Shown: positions 21,571-30,915 of the stretch, piece after piece
Layout: the number at the start of each line of letters is the position of its first letter
Numbering within the stretch: position 1 is the stretch's first letter
NCBI GenBank assembly: GCA_040222015.1
Contig: JAVJWO010000216.1
Coordinates: 62,656-126,655, forward strand
From: Coleofasciculus chthonoplastes F2-STO-03
GTDB taxonomy: Bacteria > Cyanobacteriota > Cyanobacteriia > Cyanobacteriales > Coleofasciculaceae
DNA: 64,000 nt
Direction: 5' to 3'
The notes under the pieces: model-generated
The model's input: the letters and a program-made list of their open reading frames with translations, nothing else
What the model was told of the DNA's origin: nothing
Database searches by the model: none
Translations under genes and position numbers: made by a program

Positions 21571-21643
21571 GGCTCGCATCCATTACTACAAACTACCAAC
21601 TACGGACGAGGATATAATATTTTAGGTGCTTTGAGGGGGAAAG

Positions 21644-22945
21644 TTGATGAGTGTGATTCCATCAAAACCGCGCTATTGGCTGAAAAATGCTCGTGTGCCA
21701 CTCTCAATGTTACAGGTTGAGGATAAATCGATTTGGGAGAATCGCACCTCTGAGGGGTTGTGTTTAGTGGATATTCAGGTGGCTGCGGGAAAAGTGGCGC
21801 AAATTGTGCGGGCGAATTCTCAGCCGATCGCAGATATGGTGGTGGATGTGCAGGGGGGACAGGTTTGGGCTGGGTTTGTGGATATGCATACTCATCTGGA
21901 TAAGGGGCATATTTGGGAACGCACGCCGAATCTGGATGGAACGTTTGATAGTGCGTTGGCGAGGGTGCAACAGGATAGTTTGCAGTATTGGCAAGCGGAG
22001 GATGTGTATCGCCGCATGGGGTTTGGGTTGAGGTGTAGTTATGCCCATGGTACTCAGGCGATTCGCACTCATATTGATGCGTTTGGGGAACAGGCGAGGA
22101 TTAGTTTTGGCGTGTTTCAGCAGTTACAGCAGGAGTGGGCGAATCGATTGGTGTTGCAGGCGGTGGCTTTGGTGTCGCTGGATTATTATTTGACGCCGGA
22201 AGGGGTAAAGTTGGCGGATTTGGTGGCGGAGGTGGGGGGAGTTTTAGGGGGGGTGGCGTATATGAATCCGGAGTTGGAGGCGCAGTTGAATCAAGTGTTT
22301 CGGCTGGCGCAGGAACGGGATTTGGCGCTGGATTTTCATGTGGATGAGACGGATGATCCGGAGTCGATGTGTTTGAGGAAGGTGGCGGAAGCGGCGCTAC
22401 GGTGTGGGTTTGGGCGACAAATTGTTTGTGGACATTGTTGTAGTTTGGCGGTGCAGTCGCCGGAGGTGGTGGCGGAGACGTTGGCGCTGGTGAAGGAGGC
22501 GGGAATTGGGGTGGTGAGTTTACCGTTATCGAATTTGTATTTACAGGATCGGAAGTCGGGGAGAACACCGCGTTGGCGTGGGGTGACGCTGATTCAGGAG
22601 TTACAGGAGTATGGGATTGAGGTGACGTTGGCGAGTGATAATTGTCGTGATCCGTTTTTTGGGTTTGGGGATCATGATGTGTTGGAGGTGTTTAATCAAG
22701 GGGTGAGAGTTGCCCATTTGGATGGGTTGTATGGGGAGTCTCCGGCGATGGTGACGAAAACGGCGGCGGATTTGATGGGGTTGACGGATGTGGGGCGAAT
22801 TAGTGTGGAGTTGGCGGCGAATTTGGTTTGGTTTAAGGGACGCAGTTACAGTGAATTGTTATCACGTCCTCAGTGCGATCGCGTGGTGATTCGCGACGGA
22901 ATAGCGATTGATACGACGTTACCGGATTACCGGGAATTGGATTAG
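21644..22945 (+). CDS. codA: Cytosine deaminase
   Basis: DMHTHLDK, RTHID, DFHVDE, GHCCSL, ASDNCRDPF. Confidence 0.9.
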   Translation: MMSVIPSKPRYWLKNARVPLSMLQVEDKSIWENRTSEGLCLVDIQVAAGKVAQIVRANSQPIADMVVDVQGGQVWAGFVDMHTHLDKGHIWERTPNLDGTFDSALARVQQDSLQYWQAEDVYRRMGFGLRCSYAHGTQAIRTHIDAFGEQARISFGVFQQLQQEWANRLVLQAVALVSLDYYLTPEGVKLADLVAEVGGVLGGVAYMNPELEAQLNQVFRLAQERDLALDFHVDETDDPESMCLRKVAEAALRCGFGRQIVCGHCCSLAVQSPEVVAETLALVKEAGIGVVSLPLSNLYLQDRKSGRTPRWRGVTLIQELQEYGIEVTLASDNCRDPFFGFGDHDVLEVFNQGVRVAHLDGLYGESPAMVTKTAADLMGLTDVGRISVELAANLVWFKGRSYSELLSRPQCDRVVIRDGIAIDTTLPDYRELD

Positions 22946-22987
22946 TCATTCGTCATTCGTCATTCGTCATTTGTTATTCGTCATTTG

Positions 22988-23182
22988 TCAATAAAGTAAA
23001 CAAGCTTGTACATCTTCCGGTTCTAGCCAGGGATAACCAACTAGCAATGTCTCGACTGTATCACCTGCTGCCAGCATTCCTAGAACGTGTTCAACGGCTA
23101 AACGGCGTCCTCGAATAATTGGCTTTCCACTAAAAATTTTTGGATTGACTGTAATTCTTGCTAAAATTTTTTTCTCGTCCAT
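22988..23182 (-). CDS. DUF433 antitoxin-like protein, possibly C-terminally truncated, no partner toxin
   Basis: RITVNPKIFSGKPIIRGRRLAVEHVL..YPWL.PEDV.ACL; stops at the edge of a heptamer repeat array. Confidence 0.8.
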   Translation of the reverse strand: MDEKKILARITVNPKIFSGKPIIRGRRLAVEHVLGMLAAGDTVETLLVGYPWLEPEDVQACLLY

Positions 23183-23269
23183 AATCAACCGTCCTAATCC
23201 TCTAAAAAAATAAGTAAAATACCTTTGTCATTGTAGAACAAAACCAAAGTGTCGTTTTCCGCTTGGTGA

Positions 23270-24124
23270 TTATCTTAGCATTCCCCCTTGGGATATCCGT
23301 CGCACCATCCCCATTCCCATTGTGGTTTTCCGCCCGACGCCAGAATAGAGGGTAAAATCGGCTAAAGCGTTAATTTGCTGAATCGCCTCTGCTTCAGGTT
23401 TTCCCATAATCCGAAAATTGAGTGCGCCAACACAGCCAATAAATTTACTGCGAGAATCGGCAACTAATTCGGTGTGAATCTCAAAGAAACTGGGGAAAAC
23501 ATGATCGACTAATGTTTTCGAGAATTCTATGCCACTGTATTGATTCCAGCGCTTAATTAAACTGTTAAAGACTAATTCCCTTGTGGGTAAGGCACAATCA
23601 TATTTACTCTGACGAAATGCGGTGGGGGTAGAGAAGGCGAAATTCAGAGTGCGATCGCGCGTCGAGGCTTGGTCGTATAATTGTTGATAACTGAGAGCAT
23701 TTGCCCAACATCCAGGCATCCCTTTTTGGGGTGTTCCTAGAATACTGGTAATCTGCAAGTTAGCTGGACCTAAATGCCAGGGTTGTTCCGGATTCAGGTT
23801 TAGCCACAGGTGGGTTAATTGACTGAATAAGGTATCATCAAGTAGGGAAATTCGCCACCAACAGGGAGTTCCTTGGGGAATTGGTTTATGGTGTTGCCAG
23901 TGGAGGTTTGCTGATGCTGAATCACTACGATGCTGAATTTGTAGGGGACTCAGGGTAAAGGCTTTATCGGATTTGGCTTCGTGGAGATAATCGCCTAGGT
24001 TTCTATCGACAGAACTTACCAGGTTGAGAAATAGGGCGTGTAAGTGGCGTCCACTGAGAAACTGTGGTGGAATTGGCGATTGGGGAAGTAGGTTGAGAAT
24101 TAGACTATGGGGCATAGTTTGCAT
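23270..24124 (-). CDS. cas6: CRISPR-associated endoribonuclease Cas6 (type I-D-like)
   Basis: MPHSLILNL N-terminus (ATG 24115; alternative ATG 24124), GRHLHALF, TPTAFRQ, G-rich loop YSGVGRKTTMGMG. Confidence 0.95.
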   Translation of the reverse strand: MQTMPHSLILNLLPQSPIPPQFLSGRHLHALFLNLVSSVDRNLGDYLHEAKSDKAFTLSPLQIQHRSDSASANLHWQHHKPIPQGTPCWWRISLLDDTLFSQLTHLWLNLNPEQPWHLGPANLQITSILGTPQKGMPGCWANALSYQQLYDQASTRDRTLNFAFSTPTAFRQSKYDCALPTRELVFNSLIKRWNQYSGIEFSKTLVDHVFPSFFEIHTELVADSRSKFIGCVGALNFRIMGKPEAEAIQQINALADFTLYSGVGRKTTMGMGMVRRISQGGMLR

Positions 24125-24961
24125 CCCTGATAGGGATTATAGAGGATTTCGACTATATTCCTGCACTCCATTCTTATAAACAGGAGTGGTTTCAATCCCT
24201 GATAGGGATTATAGAGGATTTTGACGTTCAATGGCTTCCTAGTTCCCCGGAATCTATGAAGATTCCGTTTCAATCCCTGATAGGGATTATAGAGGATTTT
24301 GACCAAGAATCATGATCTAGATCCAGCTGGATAATTTGTTTCAATCCCTAGTAGGGATTATAGAGGATTTTGACGCGGATTCCTACGTTCCCTGAATGGA
24401 AGGACAATGTACTGTTTCAATCCCTAGTAGGGATTATAGAGGATTTTGACCGTAATTAGTGCTGTCGGTATTCACTCCGGAGAAAGTTTCAATCCCTAGT
24501 AGGGATTATAGAGGATTTTGACCTTATTATTGATTCCCCCAAGTGTACTATTGAAATGCCGTTTCAATCCCTAGTAGGGATTATAGAGGATTTTGACTGG
24601 GGGTGTCCTCCCCTACTATTTCCAGGTGGCTGTTTCAATCCCTAGTAGGGATTATAGAGGATTTTGACCTGTGCGTTGATTCTCTTCTCAAGTTCAAGCC
24701 AGATGTTTCAATCCCTAGTAGGGATTATAGAGGATTTTGACGGTATATGCCTGGTTTCTAGGATTCGCCTGTGGAGTTTCAATCCCTAGTAGGGATTATA
24801 GAGGATTTTGACCTCGTTTGGTTAGGTTTTCGCTAAATCCTTTGAGTCGTTTCAATCCCTAGTAGGGATTATAGAGGATTTTGACCGGCTCCCCCGCTCT
24901 TGCCCCATACGGTATCTATCTTTAGTTTCAATCCCTAGTAGGGATTATAGAGGATTTTGAC
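24117..24961 (-). CRISPR. CRISPR array, 12 repeats of 37 bp and 11 spacers of 34-41 bp
   Basis: Repeat (minus strand) GTCAAAATCCTCTATAATCCCTACTAGGGATTGAAAC; + strand starts at 24117, 24189, 24267, 24338, 24414, 24486, 24561, 24632, 24705, 24776, 24849, 24925. Confidence 0.98.
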
Positions 24962-25210
24962 CGCCGACCTCTGAAACGCTTACTGTATTTGATTTTCAAG
25001 GTTCGATTGCGACAACCTCCTCTAACTATAGCATTTCAGCCCTCGGTTTTGACAACCCCCGCGAACAAAAAAGTCTCAAACCCTTTCTGAATCAGCTTTT
25101 CAGCCATTGCGACAACCTCCTCATTCGCGAAAAAGGCTGTATCCCTGACTCAATAAGGAATACAGCCTCAAATTTTGACTCCCCGAAAAAAACACCTACT
25201 GGTTGTCGCA
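24962..25210 (-). promoter_or_regulatory. CRISPR leader
   Basis: Non-coding stretch between cas2 remnant and the non-degenerate end of the array; repeated GCGACAACCTCC motif. Confidence 0.75.
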
Positions 25211-25468
25211 TCAGACAAAGAAAATCGAATTATCCCTTATGGGTTCGCCGCCGATGCGTTCAACCTTCCCTTGACAACAGCCACAGAGGAAATAGAAGCG
25301 AATGCTGTCCTGGTCTGGCTTAATCACCTTAGAAAGACGCGATCGCAATTTGGCATATTAGGTATCCGTCAAACTGCACTCAAACACACTATACTGCATC
25401 CACTGCCCATAAGACTTAAGAATACTGTGTATCTTCGTCCGACGCTTATCTTCGGGGACAGCATAAAT
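25211..25468 (-). pseudogene. cas2: cas2 pseudogene
   Basis: IYAVPEDKRRTKIHSILKSYGQWMQYSVFECSLTDT*YAKLRSRL...DSIRFYFLCGCCQGKVERIGG; in-frame TAA at 25358-25360, no start codon, YD changed to YA. Confidence 0.92.
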
Positions 25469-25685
25469 TTTTAAGTTTGTTCGTAGTGAGGACTTTAGTC
25501 CTCTTCGTTAGCGGCGCTAAAGCGCCGACTACAAGCAAGCTATCCACTTTGATAATAATTTGGTCAGATATTGCGGGCGAATTTACGATTTGACCTCTCC
25601 CCCAGCCCCTCTCCTGCAAGGAGAGGGGAGTCCGGTTCCCCCTTCCATTCAACAAAAGCGAAGCATCCTTTGACTTCCCTCCTTG

Positions 25686-25790
25686 TAAGCTGTTCGGCAT
25701 TTAAACCTTAACGTCAATAATTGCTCTCATCCTTGTAGTGCGAGCCAGAAAGCTCGCTACTAATACCCAATTTAAATGTATGACAGCTTA
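25686..25790. mobile_element. MITE, TAAGCTGT...ACAGCTTA family, copy 2
   Basis: 105 bp with TIRs and an internal GTAG-type hairpin; inverted copy of 21443-21570. Confidence 0.8.
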
Positions 25791-25880
25791 GGCTATGCAT
25801 TACTCACATCTTTCTTAACATAAATTCCCTTGACTTTAGCAGTAGTTTTGGGAGAAAGTAAAAGCCAAGTCTGGGCAATG

Positions 25881-26069
25881 TCAAGCACCAAGCAAGTTTT
25901 TGTAATCTAATTGTAAATCTGGATAAATACTCTGGGGTTGCCAATGCTCAATCTTCATAGTGTCGTGAGCTATACGTTGCATACAGTAACAACAAATATA
26001 TCCTTGTTCAGTCAGTAATGATTGGCGTAGATCATCTTTTTGCGGATAGTTATCATAATCAGCGTAAGG
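25881..26069 (-). pseudogene. Fragment of TIGR02646/PtuB-like HNH endonuclease
   Basis: PYADYDNYPQKDDLRQSLLTEQGYICCYCMQRIAHDTMKIEHWQPQSIYPDLQLDYKNLLGA*; stop codons on both sides. Confidence 0.8.
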
Positions 26070-26134
26070 CTAGCCATCCTATAGCATCAATCTAGGAATC
26101 ACAGTTAACAGCTACAAGACGTAATCAGTCAATT

Positions 26135-26197
26135 GTAGGGGCGGGTTTAGCCACTAATCTAGCTTGTCACAGATAACTGAGCAACAAAACCCGCCCT
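26135..26197. repeat. REP-like dispersed inverted repeat GTAGGGGCGGGTTT-N-AAACCCGCCC (family)
   Basis: Further copies near 18661, 21233, 42642, 49988, 53185, 56893 and 59849; all intergenic. Confidence 0.85.
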
Positions 26198-26291
26198 TAT
26201 GCTTAAATCTGGATAATAGTTCTAGTCCATTTTAATGGACAATAACCCTGAGCCAGTAGTTTGAACTCCGGGCGGGCGTGTCACACTCGCG

Positions 26292-27572
26292 TTATCCAGA
26301 ATCCTCCTTTTCCAGCAAAGCCAATAAATTCAATTCTTTATTCGCTACATACCTCACCGGATTCTTCTGCTTAATCACTTTCCCCTCTTGCACCGCTCGT
26401 TTTAACCAATCTTCCATCTGTCCTTTTCGTATATCCAACGATTCAGCCAGAGATTTCGCATCTTGAGGTTGCTCTAACTGGTTAAGTATAAAGGGTAAAA
26501 CCGCTTCATAGATATCTTTGGCGGGTAAATTAATGGAAATCGTTTTATCCCCACCTAAACCATCTCCGGCTGATAATTTTTCTGACTCGATTCTTCCCCC
26601 ATCAGCTTGGCTTTCTTCAACCTCAGCGATAGCAGCATCTAAAAGTGTACGCAACAGTTTATTCCAAGGGGCTTCAGGAAAAACAATCCCTCCCTTTTCC
26701 AGCAATTTCTGATTACCTTCAGGAACAGTTCCCTGCATTCGCACAAAAACGGGGACATCTTTTACCTTTCTCAACACCTCAGTCGCCCCCGCCCAGGTTC
26801 CACCTTTGCCAACAGCAGAACTAATCACTAACGCATAATCAGCTAACGCATAAATATACTTATTTCGCCCCATAGCATTACCCGTGCTGAAACTCGCGTC
26901 GGGGTCATACGCAGACACTAATGTTAGTCTACCTTCTTTAATTCCCGCACGATACTTACTCGCCACAGCCACTTTCGTCAAACTATCCGCAAGTACACCC
27001 ACAGCATTCCCGCCTGCTGCTAATATACCTAACATTGACGCTTGATCTACTCCACGCGCCCCACCAGAAATCACATTGATTCCTTGTTCAGCGCATGTCT
27101 GAACAACTCTTTCGGTATAATTAAGTCCGTCTTGATCAACATCACGAGAACCAACGATAGCCAACCCACCTTGAGCAAGCAATTCTCTATTACCAATTCC
27201 ATAGAGAATCGCGGGTGCATTATGTTTCAATCTCTGCTTCAAACATTGAGGATAGCCTGCGTCACCTCGCCCCACTATCCATAACCCCTGATTCGTCCAC
27301 TTTTCCACCGCCAAACTGAGCATTACACCGCGTTCAAGTAACGCGACTAACCGCTGAGAATCAAGCTTGTCAATGGTAATTTGAGATAAGCGATTTTTCA
27401 GGGTTTGATCAAGCAAATCCTCCGGAATCATGTCATTTTCTACCAACCAACTCGCTACCGTATTATACTCGCTCAGGGTTAAAGGTTTGGGTTCAGTTTG
27501 GCGATTTTGTCCAAAGCTGGCACACAATAATAAAATGGCTTGGGTATTGGGTGACAGCAGATGGTAATCCAT
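26292..27572 (-). CDS. DprA/Smf-family protein (RqlI-like)
   Basis: LAIVGSR, VISGGARGVD, AMGRNKYIYALA, GGTW; C-terminal HTH-like segment. Confidence 0.88.
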   Translation of the reverse strand: MDYHLLSPNTQAILLLCASFGQNRQTEPKPLTLSEYNTVASWLVENDMIPEDLLDQTLKNRLSQITIDKLDSQRLVALLERGVMLSLAVEKWTNQGLWIVGRGDAGYPQCLKQRLKHNAPAILYGIGNRELLAQGGLAIVGSRDVDQDGLNYTERVVQTCAEQGINVISGGARGVDQASMLGILAAGGNAVGVLADSLTKVAVASKYRAGIKEGRLTLVSAYDPDASFSTGNAMGRNKYIYALADYALVISSAVGKGGTWAGATEVLRKVKDVPVFVRMQGTVPEGNQKLLEKGGIVFPEAPWNKLLRTLLDAAIAEVEESQADGGRIESEKLSAGDGLGGDKTISINLPAKDIYEAVLPFILNQLEQPQDAKSLAESLDIRKGQMEDWLKRAVQEGKVIKQKNPVRYVANKELNLLALLEKEDSG

Positions 27573-27587
27573 AATCTTCTAATTTGC

Positions 27588-29678
27588 TTACGTTAACGAA
27601 TTAAGTGCCAATGCTAACGGAAAAACTGGACCACTTCCAGCCCGACGTAACAGTGCAGCAATAACAGTGAATGTCCAACGTGAATCTACCATATCATCAA
27701 TTAAGAATACTGCCCCCTTCATCCCTTGCCAAGGTTTCACGGCAAAGACACCATCGAGGTTATGGGCTTGTTGGTAACTATTTCCCATCTGTTTTTGTGG
27801 CTGAGTATGGCGAACTTTCTGCACAATTGGCTGAAAGGTTAATTGTAATTGATGGGCGAGTCGTTGGGCAAAATTTGGCACAAGTTGGGGATGATGTAAG
27901 GAAGGGACACAGGTTACCCAAGTTGGAAAAGGTTGGGGGTGCCAACGTTGAATCATCTCAAATGCACCCTGCACCAAGGCGTCGTCAAAATCATGATTAT
28001 GGTATTTCCCTTGTTTGACTAATTCGCCCCAACCCGCATCCCCCCAAAGTGATAATGCTCGTCCGGGTTCAGCGCGTAAATTGTCGCGAATTTTCCCAGA
28101 AAACCCATAACTAGGGAGTGCTTTAGATGCCCATTGTTTACGAAGTTCGATAATTTGGTCACTACGACGGAGATACTGAATTGCTTGATTAACTCGGTTT
28201 AGTGAATAGGTTTCGGGTAATAACGGTCTACCCAAGCATACCGCACATTTCCCGCAAGGTGTGGGCTGGGGATCATCTAATTCTCTGGCGAGAAATGTCA
28301 TCAAGCATTCTTGACTATTCATATAGTCAAACATACGAGTTTGTTCTTGGCGGCGAATTTGGGTTAACCGTTCAATTTTCTCCGTATCCGGTTGATAAAA
28401 TACGGGCGTCGCATACCATTTAGATCCTTGCTTGGTTATGGGTGCAGGAGACTCTAAGGATAACAGTTTCAATACCTTCTTGATTTGCCCATTAGAAAGA
28501 TTGAGATGCTGCTCAATTTGGGTAATTGATAATCCATCTTCGGCTTGTTCTAACGCATTTAAAACCTCCTGAACATGAGCCTCTGGTGGAAAGGCAGTTT
28601 GAATAAAATAATCCGTAATTTCCTGATCTTCTTCTCCACCGAGCAGAATTCCATAAGCTTGCTCTACCGCTCTCCCGGCTCGTCCGACTTGTTGGTAATA
28701 ATGAACCACAGAACCCGGACGCTGATAGTGGATGACAAATCCTAAATCCGGCTTATCAAACCCCATTCCTAAAGCAGTTGTCGCGACTAAAGCCTTAATT
28801 TCATTGTTAAGCAGTTGGTCTTCTAAGGTTAAACGCTGTTCATGAGTTAGCTTAGCATGGTAGGCTTGAGCATGAATCCCTTGCTGATTTAACCAATCGG
28901 CAACTCGTTCGGTATCTTTGGTAGTTAATGCGTAAATAATCCCACTTCCGGGTAAGTTGGGCAAGTGCTCAGCTAACCACGCCATACGTGCGGCGGAGCT
29001 CGGTAATTTAAGGGTTTGTAATTGTAAGCTTTTTCGGGTTAGAGTACCTCTGGATACCAGTAAATTTGCACCTAGTTGCGTAATAATATCGTTAACCACG
29101 CGGTTATTTGCCGTGGCGGTTGTGGCGAGGGCGGGAATGGTTTGAGGAAGCGCTTGTAAAACCCGGACAATGCGCCGATAGTCTGGGCGAAAATCATGTC
29201 CCCAATCAGAGATACAATGGGCTTCATCGACAACAAATAAGCCAATTCGTTGGGAGATGGGTAACAGAATGGTTTGGCGAAAGTCTTCATTGGCGAGTCG
29301 TTCGGGGGAAATCAGGAGAATATCAATGATTCCCGCTTGTAATTGAGCGTTAATCTGTTCCCACTCTTCGGGATTACTGGAGTTAATCGTGGCGGCGTTA
29401 ATATTAATCCGTTTAGCAGCGACAATTTGATTTCGCATTAACGCCAGGAGGGGTGAAATCAGCAGAGTGGAACCCCCATGATTATCACGCAGCAAACGAG
29501 TAGCGAGAAAGTAGACAATGCTTTTCCCCCAGCCTGTGCGTTGTACAACTAGAAGCCGCGATCGCTCTAAAATTATGCTAGCGATGGCTTCCCATTGTCC
29601 ATCCCGAAATTGAGCGGTTGGGTTGTTGAGGGCTTGGCGCAGCAGCGATAGTGCTTGGGCTTTCAGTTGGGTTGTCAT
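27588..29678 (-). CDS. RecQ-like helicase with C-terminal phosphoribosyltransferase domain (RqlH-like)
   Basis: RTGWGKS, DEAHCISDWGHDFRPDY, QQVGRAGR, CGKCAVC, C-terminal FLIDDMVDSRWT. Confidence 0.9.
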   Translation of the reverse strand: MTTQLKAQALSLLRQALNNPTAQFRDGQWEAIASIILERSRLLVVQRTGWGKSIVYFLATRLLRDNHGGSTLLISPLLALMRNQIVAAKRININAATINSSNPEEWEQINAQLQAGIIDILLISPERLANEDFRQTILLPISQRIGLFVVDEAHCISDWGHDFRPDYRRIVRVLQALPQTIPALATTATANNRVVNDIITQLGANLLVSRGTLTRKSLQLQTLKLPSSAARMAWLAEHLPNLPGSGIIYALTTKDTERVADWLNQQGIHAQAYHAKLTHEQRLTLEDQLLNNEIKALVATTALGMGFDKPDLGFVIHYQRPGSVVHYYQQVGRAGRAVEQAYGILLGGEEDQEITDYFIQTAFPPEAHVQEVLNALEQAEDGLSITQIEQHLNLSNGQIKKVLKLLSLESPAPITKQGSKWYATPVFYQPDTEKIERLTQIRRQEQTRMFDYMNSQECLMTFLARELDDPQPTPCGKCAVCLGRPLLPETYSLNRVNQAIQYLRRSDQIIELRKQWASKALPSYGFSGKIRDNLRAEPGRALSLWGDAGWGELVKQGKYHNHDFDDALVQGAFEMIQRWHPQPFPTWVTCVPSLHHPQLVPNFAQRLAHQLQLTFQPIVQKVRHTQPQKQMGNSYQQAHNLDGVFAVKPWQGMKGAVFLIDDMVDSRWTFTVIAALLRRAGSGPVFPLALALNSLT

Positions 29679-30025
29679 ATCGATACGCTGTGTTGAGTGA
29701 AGTTAAGGGTTTTCTGAAGCAATGGTATTGGTAAAACCCGCCTCGACTGTCCTTAAATTCTAGCTAGTCTAGCATCAAGAGCCAAGAACTAAATCTTTGC
29801 TTATATACTGAGTTTATCCAGAAACTGGATGACTACTCTTTCAAGCTACACAAACAAAGAGGAGGCGATTGAAATCGCAGCTACACAAACAAAGTCCGCC
29901 TGCGCGGACTAAATTATCACGGGGGCAGCTAACCTGGATTTTGCGTAAGTTCTGTAAGTTATGACTTATGGCGGATGATTTCTCTCACAGGAAGCCGCTA
30001 AAGTCCTCTAAAGACGACTGGATAA

Positions 30026-30904
30026 GCGCGATCGCAAGATCCCACCAACGTCAAATCCGTTTGGCGAACCACATCTAGTCAAGGAATTGCCCAATTTGCG
30101 ATCGCCCAACTTCTCGCTGGTCCTACCTCCTCAGAGAAACAGCAGGGACTTGCTACCGTTCCCCCGCTAAGTGGAGAGTCTAATTGTGGTCAAGACTTTA
30201 CAATTTCGATCAATAATGGCGTGGCTCAATTGCAATTTTGCCGAAACATGATTCACGACGGTATTGCCGATTCAGTGCGAACTAAAACTGCCATTGAGAA
30301 AACGCTTAAACAATTTTCTACGGTTAATCATGTAATAATACTTAACCGAAATGGAAACTGTTTGGGTGATGAAAGTGGGGAGAACCTTTGTCTAGGAAAA
30401 GGCTCGAATCCAGTGAAGCTAACTCCCCTCTCTCAAATTGCGATTAATGGTTTTGGTCCCGTAAATATAGGCATGACTGTTGATCAGGCATCACAAGCGG
30501 CAGGATTTGATTTAATTCCTGTTAGCTCAAACCCTAATCCGGTTTGTATTTACTATAAGCCCACTCCACTGTCCGAAGGACTTAATGCTAATTTTATGGT
30601 GAGGAACGGACGTATTGCCCGAATTGATATTAAAGATTCTCGCCCGACAACAATCAGTGGAGCAAGGGTTGGCGATACAGAAAACCAGGTTCAATCTCTT
30701 TATGGGGAACGGCTTCAAGTGAATCCCTTACCCAATTCTGAACAGGGTCATTTCCTGACGTTTGTTCCCCAAAGCCAAAGAGACCAGAATTTACGCCTTA
30801 AGTTTGCCACAGATGGAACCAAGGTGACTCAAATTATTATCGGGAAACGTCCCGAAGTCGATTATATCGAAGGCTGTCTGGATATCGTCCCTGGTGGAGT
30901 CTAA
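30026..30904 (+). CDS. GerMN-like domain protein, apparently 5'-truncated
   Basis: Frame is open from 30026 (..AIAQLLAGPTSSEKQQGL..CGQDFTISI..TLKQFSTV) with no start codon before GTG 30221. Confidence 0.55.
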   Translation, partial: ARSQDPTNVKSVWRTTSSQGIAQFAIAQLLAGPTSSEKQQGLATVPPLSGESNCGQDFTISINNGVAQLQFCRNMIHDGIADSVRTKTAIEKTLKQFSTVNHVIILNRNGNCLGDESGENLCLGKGSNPVKLTPLSQIAINGFGPVNIGMTVDQASQAAGFDLIPVSSNPNPVCIYYKPTPLSEGLNANFMVRNGRIARIDIKDSRPTTISGARVGDTENQVQSLYGERLQVNPLPNSEQGHFLTFVPQSQRDQNLRLKFATDGTKVTQIIIGKRPEVDYIEGCLDIVPGGV

Positions 30905-30915
30905 TTAAGTTTTAA

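Noticed and set aside
22101..22568. Pro-rich 155-aa minus-strand ORF
   Set aside because: Antisense shadow of the G-rich codA gene.
24100..24306. 68-aa ORF with repeated VKILYNPYQG
   Set aside because: Translation of CRISPR repeats.
24154..24924. Self-targeting spacers
   Set aside because: No match noticed within the window by eye; a proper search was not possible.
25175..25474. 99-aa plus-strand ORF
   Set aside because: Antisense to the cas2 pseudogene.
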